Virus record (IMG/VR): IMGVR_UViG_3300024322_000015
Location: 1-24,456 of that record
Strand: one strand, 5' to 3'
Length of the DNA: 24,456 nucleotides
From: a virus
Taxonomy: Duplodnaviria; Caudoviricetes
Shown: positions 18,177 through 24,456 of the stretch, in pieces
Layout of the letters: each line of letters opens with the position of its first letter
How positions within the stretch are numbered: position 1 is the first letter of the stretch
Translations under genes and position numbers: made by a program
The notes under the pieces: model-generated
Told to the model about the DNA's origin: nothing
Databases searched by the model: none
What the model saw: the letters and a program-made list of their open reading frames with translations, nothing else

Positions 18177-19352
18177 TTATTTTTTTCTTATTTTAAGCCC
18201 ACGACCAAGGTTAGTTCCGTCATTGACGACTTTAAATTTAGTCCCAGGTTTCGATGAATCAACATTTGAACGTACATCCATTTTGATATTTTTCCCATCC
18301 TTAACAACTTCATTTACCGCATCTGCCTTGCCTTGCTCATAAAAGAACTTAGCATAAGTTTCTGGGTTCATAGCCATGTTAAGAGCAGCATGATATCTCT
18401 TTGGGTCACTCAAGTTGCCTTCACTATCCAAATGTCTGCTAATAAAATTGTTTAAATCTGATTGTTGTTTTACAACTTCATTAACATCTTTTGGCTTAAA
18501 ACTAAGTTTTTTACCGCCTAAATTAAATTCAAAACCTTCGAACTTATCGTTAAAAAACTCTGATGTCTTCTTCTGAAAGATATCTCTTTGTTTAGAAGCA
18601 GCCTCTTGTTGTTTTGTAGACTCATCATTGTATTGCTGATAAAACTCAACAGCTTCTTTAACATCTTCGGGTAGTGCATCCGTACTTGACTCAAGTGGTG
18701 CTTTGTACTTATCCCTCATCTGCTCAAAATACTGCTTAGCTTTATGTAGCTCTTGCTTTTTATCAAGACTCTTCCTCTTGACATCTTTCTCTGTATCAGT
18801 GTTTTCGTCTACAGTGAACTTATCCTCTATCAAATAATCGATATCAGAATCGTCAAGCTCAGGATTTGATTGCTTGTAGTATTCACGCAGTATAGTTGTT
18901 TCTTCATATTCAGAAACATCTTCGTTTGCTTTTACAAAATCTTTTAAGCCACGCTTAGTATCGTTTTTGTACTGCAAATACTTTTCAACCTCCTCAGGAA
19001 GCTCTTGTTTATTTTTGTCTTTATTTGAAAGAACGTCTTCTAATTCCTCAAGCCCCATACTGTATTTACTAGTTAGGAACTCAGCAATTATTTCTTGTTT
19101 AGAAACCTTTACCTCGGATTCTTGTTGAGGTTCTTCGGCTTCTTTTTCAGCGGCGGATTCCCCCGCTGCTTTAATATTTTCTTCAGCTTCTGGCTGTTGC
19201 TCAGGAGCTTTTTCTTCTTGAACTTCCGAGTTTGGCGTGTTTTCACTTTCGACTTCGGCAGTTTCTTGCTCTTTTTTATCTTCTTCTCCCTTTTTTACAG
19301 GAGGTTTGGATAGGTCAACTTTAAAGTCAACATCTTGATTTACGTCACTCAT
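18177..19352 (-). CDS. Putative capsid scaffolding protein, 391 aa
   Basis: Very acidic, E/K/Q-rich disordered N-terminus, helical remainder and basic C-terminal tip (GLKIRKK); lies between portal and capsid genes. Confidence 0.75.
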   Translation of the reverse strand: MSDVNQDVDFKVDLSKPPVKKGEEDKKEQETAEVESENTPNSEVQEEKAPEQQPEAEENIKAAGESAAEKEAEEPQQESEVKVSKQEIIAEFLTSKYSMGLEELEDVLSNKDKNKQELPEEVEKYLQYKNDTKRGLKDFVKANEDVSEYEETTILREYYKQSNPELDDSDIDYLIEDKFTVDENTDTEKDVKRKSLDKKQELHKAKQYFEQMRDKYKAPLESSTDALPEDVKEAVEFYQQYNDESTKQQEAASKQRDIFQKKTSEFFNDKFEGFEFNLGGKKLSFKPKDVNEVVKQQSDLNNFISRHLDSEGNLSDPKRYHAALNMAMNPETYAKFFYEQGKADAVNEVVKDGKNIKMDVRSNVDSSKPGTKFKVVNDGTNLGRGLKIRKK

Positions 19353-19378
19353 AATAGATTAAATTTAAATTTATACTG

Positions 19379-19386
19379 CAAAATTA
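19379..19386 (-). promoter_or_regulatory. Bacteroidota sigma-70 -7 promoter element upstream of scaffold-capsid genes
   Basis: Minus strand TTTTTTAAG-TAATTTTG-CA matches TAnnTTTG, 26 nt before the ATG at 19352. Confidence 0.7.
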
Positions 19387-19396
19387 CTTAAAAAAA

Positions 19397-21871
19397 CTAT
19401 ACATTTTCTTGACCCATCATAGGCGACATGCCACTAGGTTGTTGACCTGGCATAGACTGTATGTTTTTTAATATTTGACTCGCAGCTCCTTCATCTTCAA
19501 AATCAACTGGAGGTAGATTTTCTTTTCTCTGCCGTATTAGTTTACTTTGTTGAGAAGCTTGCTTGTCAGTTCTTTTATCTTTTCTATCCTCTTTATATTC
19601 TTCTCTACCTTTGTATAGCTCAGCTTCCATTTGCTTTAATTCTATTTCAAACTGATGCTTCATCTTAAGAATCTCAGCATCTATTTGCATCTGAGCTTTC
19701 ATTCTTTGCATCTCAAGTTCAGCTTTCATTTGCTGCATTTGAGCGTCCGCCTGCATCTTCATTTGCTCTTCTTGCATTCTAGACTGTGAAGCTGCTTGTG
19801 CAGATTGAGTATTAGACTCAGTTTGCATCTGGATAGCTTGTTTCTGTTTCTCCATCTCCCTCTTCTCTCTCCTTATTTTTCTTATCTTGAGTAAAGAATT
19901 AGCTAAGGTTGCATTTTTGACATCTCTAATATCTATAGCATCTTCTAGTCCTATTTGACCAGCTTGAATAGATTGTTGAATATTTTGCTCTAGTTTTTGT
20001 TTTTCCTCTTCATCTGGCTCTATTTCTATGAATATACCAAAATCATGTAGGTGCAACGACATTATCTCGCTTACTATCTCGAAATTGTTTTTTCCAATCA
20101 TTTTAGCAAAATCCTCAGCAAAATCAGAATATTGAAGTATGTCAGATATTCTATAAGATAAAGCCTCTGCTAGTTTTTTTGTGATTGATATACCAGATAA
20201 AACAACATGTCTTGTTGCGGTATTGCTGTTTAGTGCAGCAAGCTTTTGTATTCCAACCAAAGCATATTGGTCTGGATTACTCCCATCTCTAGCCTCATTA
20301 ATACCTGTCACAGCTCTAATCATGTTCAGCTGATAATTGTACATATTGATAAGACTAGCTATCTTAGCGTTAGAGCCGCTACTTGTAAGCTCTTGAATCG
20401 GCACTCTAGCGTTATTAAAGTCACCGTCTTCTGTATAGCTTCTACCAATAACACTACCTGTTTGGAAGTACATTGATAAAGCTTCAGAAGGGTTATAGGA
20501 CGCTCCATTACCCAAGTCAACACTATTTAATCCATCAGCATCAATAAATACACCATCTGGTATCATTTTAGCAACTACTTGTTGAAGCTTCAAATGAGTG
20601 AGCTGTATTTGGTCTGCAAAAGGTATCATTCTTTTAACCAAAGAATCTATGTTTCCTTTTGACATTTTAATAGCTGAAACAATATATGGTGGCAAGGCTT
20701 TTTGAAAAGCAGATTTTGGTCTAACCATATTCTGCATAAGCTCCCACTTGATTAAGTGGTTTGTTCCTAAAACCAAAACTCCTTCATACCAAACATCTAT
20801 TCTTCTAGATACTTTTTTAAATCTAGCTTGCTCCGTTTTTGGAGGGTTGAATGAATTATTTTTCTTTAGTGGTTTTTCACCACCATTTGCATTCTTTTTT
20901 ACTTTATATACAACTTCTCTATCTGTTTTGTAACAAAAATATAGTAGAGACACATTTGATTTGTCTAAACCACTTTGTGTTTGCATATTTTGTGTACTTC
21001 TATAACCATCAAACCTACTGGCTAACTTAGATATTTCCTCAATATCTTCTTGAGTCAATCCAGGATTTATTTTTTTTAGTTCTGTAACGTGTACGGATTT
21101 GACCTCTCCGAAATAATAACAATCATTAAAGTAGGGGTCTTCTGTTGGCGAATATACAAAGTTCACAGGGTCAACATACTCTACTCTCACTCCATCGTGT
21201 GGGTCAAAAGAATGTTTTACTGCAGATATACCCAAAACAACATTATCCTCATCTATACGTCTTTTTATTTCATCGTAGCTGTTTAGTTCTAGTATCGTTG
21301 TTATAGCTGATTCCTCTGCAACCTCAACGCCTTGCTTATATTTAAGTTTCATGTATAAGCTCAGCTCTTCCTCTGATTCAGGAAGTTGGTCCTCAGGGAA
21401 GTTAAATACATCTACGCCAGTTGTGTTTTTTATTTCAGACAAGATTGGTTTAGATATCATATCAGCAGCAACCTCCTGTTTAAAATACTCTCTCTTCATA
21501 GAAGAAAGGTCGTCTATTGCATCTACCTTAACATCTAAAAGCCTGTTAGATATACCGTTTACAACAACATCAACAAACTTTGGAATAATCGGAACAGGTG
21601 TCCAATCTAGGTTGAGGTAAGATAGGTCGCCATTTACGGCTAATTCATTTTTATATTTATCTACTGGCTGTTCTCCTCTAGCATACAAACGTCTGGATAA
21701 AAACTCAGAACGGATTTCACCATACATGCTACTGCCGTAGTCTCTTGAAAACCACTCAGACTCAATAGCATGACCTACTCGAAGTCCATACTCATATGTG
21801 TCCTTCTCGATGTCTGGAACAAATTGATTAGGAAAACCACTACCCGAATTGAATCTTGGCTTATTTATCAT
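19397..21871 (-). CDS. Portal protein, 824 aa
   Basis: Directly after terL; ~800-aa size and motifs (RLYARGEQ, PVPIIPKFVDVVVNG, TGINEARDG) of crAss-like portals, with a long Q/M/E/K coiled-coil C-terminus like the P22 portal barrel. Confidence 0.9.
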   Translation of the reverse strand: MINKPRFNSGSGFPNQFVPDIEKDTYEYGLRVGHAIESEWFSRDYGSSMYGEIRSEFLSRRLYARGEQPVDKYKNELAVNGDLSYLNLDWTPVPIIPKFVDVVVNGISNRLLDVKVDAIDDLSSMKREYFKQEVAADMISKPILSEIKNTTGVDVFNFPEDQLPESEEELSLYMKLKYKQGVEVAEESAITTILELNSYDEIKRRIDEDNVVLGISAVKHSFDPHDGVRVEYVDPVNFVYSPTEDPYFNDCYYFGEVKSVHVTELKKINPGLTQEDIEEISKLASRFDGYRSTQNMQTQSGLDKSNVSLLYFCYKTDREVVYKVKKNANGGEKPLKKNNSFNPPKTEQARFKKVSRRIDVWYEGVLVLGTNHLIKWELMQNMVRPKSAFQKALPPYIVSAIKMSKGNIDSLVKRMIPFADQIQLTHLKLQQVVAKMIPDGVFIDADGLNSVDLGNGASYNPSEALSMYFQTGSVIGRSYTEDGDFNNARVPIQELTSSGSNAKIASLINMYNYQLNMIRAVTGINEARDGSNPDQYALVGIQKLAALNSNTATRHVVLSGISITKKLAEALSYRISDILQYSDFAEDFAKMIGKNNFEIVSEIMSLHLHDFGIFIEIEPDEEEKQKLEQNIQQSIQAGQIGLEDAIDIRDVKNATLANSLLKIRKIRREKREMEKQKQAIQMQTESNTQSAQAASQSRMQEEQMKMQADAQMQQMKAELEMQRMKAQMQIDAEILKMKHQFEIELKQMEAELYKGREEYKEDRKDKRTDKQASQQSKLIRQRKENLPPVDFEDEGAASQILKNIQSMPGQQPSGMSPMMGQENV

Positions 21872-21873
21872 AT

Positions 21874-24123
21874 TTATTTAATAATTTCACTAACAAAACC
21901 TTTGTTACTGTATCTTGCAAAGTTAATATTTATTTGATTACGTTTTTCTTGTCCTATATTCTTGCGTGACTGATTTGCCATAATAGCAAACCCAGAACTT
22001 ACAGTGGCATCAAACCTTGTTCTATTGTTGATGTCATAGTTAGCCCAATCAAGCAAAGTCCTGTTGAAAAACATATTACCACAGCTTCCAAAATCCATAT
22101 TTGCTTGGTCTCTAAGTACTCCCACATGGTTTTCTATATAACTTTCTATGCTTTCTGCGTGAACAGAGATTACGGCAGACGATGACGGAATACCTCCTAA
22201 CTCTCGCTCTGCTTTAGATAAAACGTTTTTGTGTTTATCTGGTCTATTTAAAGAAAACGCTCTATATCCTCTTTCTTTTAAATAATACAACAACCTTGGC
22301 TTGTTATTTTCCACAAGTATCGGCATACCATAAAAATGTAAAGCCATCAATACATCTTCGTAGAATAACTCAGCAGTTTGAGGTCTTGATATGTATTCTA
22401 AAAAAAACATATTTGTTGGACCATCTTCCATGTGAAACTTAGTCATTCCATGTAAAGACCCCTTAGAACCTCCTCCGTTTACAGTTCCAGATATATCATA
22501 GGAGTCGCAACCAAAAGAACCCATGTGTGCATTACCAGGATATTTCCTACCGTTCTTTTCTGTTACATTATTCATTAAATCCTTGCTAGGAATCCATGAC
22601 AAGAAAAACCTTCCTTTGGTTTCTGGGCTGAATACAACTTCGGTATCTCTTTGTCCATTTCTCCAATGAAAGTTACCTCTTGACACTGTGGACTTTATAG
22701 CAAAAGAATCATTGTAGTCTATTTGCTCATATATTCTAGTTAGGTTAAATATGGTGTTTTTAGATTCATCTCGAAAAGCATGAGACTCTGTTCTAGGGAA
22801 CTGTCTATAATATTCGTTTAGCGCATCAGGGTCGTTTTTAAGACTATCTACCTCGTTTTGCCAATATTCTAATGCCCCTTGGTGAATGTAATCACCATTG
22901 GTACTAACTTTTGGTAATTTCGGAGAATCTAAAACAGGCTGACCATACATATCAATAAAACCCTCCATGTTCCACTCCATCGGGATAAATAGGTTATACA
23001 GCCCGCTTTTTGTCTGTCCATTTGAATTTCTTGTGGTTGGGTCTGAATCGTAATATAGTTTTTTAAAGTTTTCCCCTCCTTTGTCTAAGGCGTTAGAAGT
23101 AGAGCCCATAAGACACTTACCTATAACCCTACTACCTAAACGCAAACAAGTTTTTGTTACACGCCAGTTATTTAAGATGTTGTCAGGTTTCTCCCACTTA
23201 CCACTTTCATCATGCACTAATAAAGCTAATTTTTCCCCATCATAACTATTGTCCCCTGTGTTTTTCCAGTCGATAGTAGTATCTAATCCTTGCAGGTCAT
23301 TTGTGACGCTGGTGTTTGATATAGATTTCCTAGTGAGTTTAGAAGCTGGAACTCTGTAAGCAAGCTCTGACTTTGGTCTATCCATCCCGTCTTGTATTGG
23401 CTTGAAAAAGAATGGGTAGTTCACTGATATAGGCACAACCTTATCTGTAAACATTTTTTTAGCATCACTACCTGTTTTGGATAGTATTCCAAACCTAGAG
23501 TCTGACGTTATTGTTGCTTGATTAACTATTTCAGCAGAAGACATAAACGAAAAACCAGAACGTCTGTTTTTTAAATAGCACATTCCGTAACATCTATCAT
23601 CTGCTTTACACGCTTCCCAATATATAAAGAATATTCTGTTTGATTCCCTGTATTCTGGCCTACCCACATCAATCTTTGTCCACTGCAAGTACATGTAGTG
23701 TGTACCAGTTATGTACACGGGTTTTCCGTTGTTCATAAACCAAAACCCATTCTCCCTTCTGTCAAACTCATTCTCGATATAAGGAACCCAAGTCTCCTTG
23801 AAATCCTTATTCATTTCATTCCATTGAAATATGGTCTGCAATGGTTTAAGTGCTTTTGGATACTCGGAAGCTTCCCAATATTGGTCTTTTTTTTCAGATG
23901 ACCTTCTGTATACTTCTTTTGGTTTTTTTGGAAGTGCTATGTTTAGGCTATTGATACGAACAACATCACCAACCATGCCGTCCCTGGATATCACAATCAT
24001 GTCTAAATCTGCGTCATAACCATATTTAAAAGACTTTTTTCTGTTTCTAGATATCAATACCTTAGACGGTATAAAGTCCTTTAAAACTACGCATAAATCA
24101 TTATTTAGACCTTCTTTCTGCAA
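21874..24123 (-). CDS. terL: Terminase large subunit, ~749 aa (start uncertain: TTG)
   Basis: Walker A-like KNRRSGFS, Walker B LLVHDESGKW, motif III GSTS, and nuclease acidic motifs GCDSYD, LVENN and RFDATVSSG. Confidence 0.93.
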   Translation of the reverse strand: MQKEGLNNDLCVVLKDFIPSKVLISRNRKKSFKYGYDADLDMIVISRDGMVGDVVRINSLNIALPKKPKEVYRRSSEKKDQYWEASEYPKALKPLQTIFQWNEMNKDFKETWVPYIENEFDRRENGFWFMNNGKPVYITGTHYMYLQWTKIDVGRPEYRESNRIFFIYWEACKADDRCYGMCYLKNRRSGFSFMSSAEIVNQATITSDSRFGILSKTGSDAKKMFTDKVVPISVNYPFFFKPIQDGMDRPKSELAYRVPASKLTRKSISNTSVTNDLQGLDTTIDWKNTGDNSYDGEKLALLVHDESGKWEKPDNILNNWRVTKTCLRLGSRVIGKCLMGSTSNALDKGGENFKKLYYDSDPTTRNSNGQTKSGLYNLFIPMEWNMEGFIDMYGQPVLDSPKLPKVSTNGDYIHQGALEYWQNEVDSLKNDPDALNEYYRQFPRTESHAFRDESKNTIFNLTRIYEQIDYNDSFAIKSTVSRGNFHWRNGQRDTEVVFSPETKGRFFLSWIPSKDLMNNVTEKNGRKYPGNAHMGSFGCDSYDISGTVNGGGSKGSLHGMTKFHMEDGPTNMFFLEYISRPQTAELFYEDVLMALHFYGMPILVENNKPRLLYYLKERGYRAFSLNRPDKHKNVLSKAERELGGIPSSSAVISVHAESIESYIENHVGVLRDQANMDFGSCGNMFFNRTLLDWANYDINNRTRFDATVSSGFAIMANQSRKNIGQEKRNQININFARYSNKGFVSEIIK

Positions 24124-24379
24124 ATCCTCCTGTTAAGTTTTTCTTTTCCTCTTCTGGGTTTTCTAGCATATTCTTTTCGTTTTCAATTCGATTTAGAATC
24201 TCGAAAGCGTCGAATATTGCTAGTTTTTTTGTGGCTGCTGCATTTTTTAATCTGTCAGCTGCCAACTCATCATCTGGGTCTGGTTTTATAATCTCCTCTT
24301 CAGCAACCTTGATTAGTTGTTTTACAGCCTCGTGCCCAGCCTGAATAATTCTTTCTTTTATTTCTATTATATTGCTCAT
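24101..24379 (-). CDS. terS: Putative terminase small subunit, 92 aa (start revised to ATG 24379)
   Basis: Small helical protein directly upstream of terL (ADRLKNAAATKKLAIFDAFEIL...GFAERRSK). ATG 24379 lies 1 nt after the upstream gene's TAG, matching the coupling seen elsewhere in the window. Function assigned from position. Confidence 0.65.
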   Translation of the reverse strand: MSNIIEIKERIIQAGHEAVKQLIKVAEEEIIKPDPDDELAADRLKNAAATKKLAIFDAFEILNRIENEKNMLENPEEEKKNLTGGFAERRSK

Positions 24380-24380
24380 A

Positions 24381-24455
24381 CTATAATAATGTGCATATAT
24401 CATTTGTCCTCATTCTATACACAATATCTCCATCTACGTCAAAACGATATTCGCT
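24381..24455 (-). CDS. C-terminal end of an upstream gene (possibly GroES-like/beta-barrel protein), 5'-truncated
   Basis: Reads SEYRFDVDGDIVYRMRTNDICTLL* with TAG at 24381-24383. The 'E-F-x-VDG...Y-x-MR..DI' pattern resembles the GroES C-terminus, but only 24 residues are visible. Confidence 0.45.
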   Translation of the reverse strand, partial: SEYRFDVDGDIVYRMRTNDICTLL

Positions 24456-24456
24456 G

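Noticed and set aside
5474-24019. Remaining short ORFs (plus-strand ones, and minus-strand 5474..5779, 15829..16020, 16833..17021)
   Set aside because: Nested in or antisense to long well-supported genes, with no recognisable motifs; 15829..16020 runs through a terminator.
21874-24123. Intein or intron in terL, portal or capsid genes
   Set aside because: Sizes fit the family; no intein splice motifs, LAGLIDADG/HNH ORFs or frame interruptions seen.
24380-24403. ORF-track start of terS at 24403 (MIYAHYYS...)
   Set aside because: Overlaps the end of the upstream gene; ATG 24379 fits the TAGtATG coupling pattern better.
24091-24404. 11/12 direct repeat AATGAT(A/T)TATGC flanking terS
   Set aside because: Short, AT-rich and imperfect, with no recombinase or mobile element nearby; most likely chance.
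1-24456. Stop-codon reassignment as seen in some crAss-like phages
   Set aside because: All genes are full-length in code 11 with very high coding density. TAG ends several genes right before the next start, and no gene is fragmented by TAG or TGA.
1-24456. CRISPR arrays, tRNAs, DGR template/variable repeats, invertible segments
   Set aside because: Intergenic gaps are all under ~85 nt and explained by promoters or terminators. No long repeats, reverse transcriptase or recombinase were seen by eye, though a computational self-alignment was not possible.

Overview
AT-rich (~36% GC by eye) segment of a tailed dsDNA phage genome holding nearly the whole virion morphogenesis module, all on the minus strand. 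In transcription order (right to left): a partial small gene, small terminase, large terminase (749 aa), large portal (824 aa), acidic scaffold, major capsid protein (468 aa), a conserved 257-aa protein, two head-tail ring/adaptor proteins, a 1764-aa tail nozzle/'stabilization' protein with Ig-like and VWA domains whose C-terminal core is a separate 253-aa gene, and three putative ejection (internal virion) proteins of 245 aa, 670 aa and >1775 aa. The last runs off the left edge and is missing from the ORF track. Protein sizes and motifs, TAnnTTTG promoters and SD-less A-rich start regions point to a crAss-like-related podovirus of Bacteroidota (probably Flavobacteriia). The most notable observations are: a terS/terL junction with no ATG start that may involve recoding; a split nozzle gene with an adhesin cassette bounded by a 7-nt direct repeat; apparently complete absence of GATC and near absence of CCGG; and the unannotated giant ORF. 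Family assignments come from recalled motifs and synteny, not database searches.
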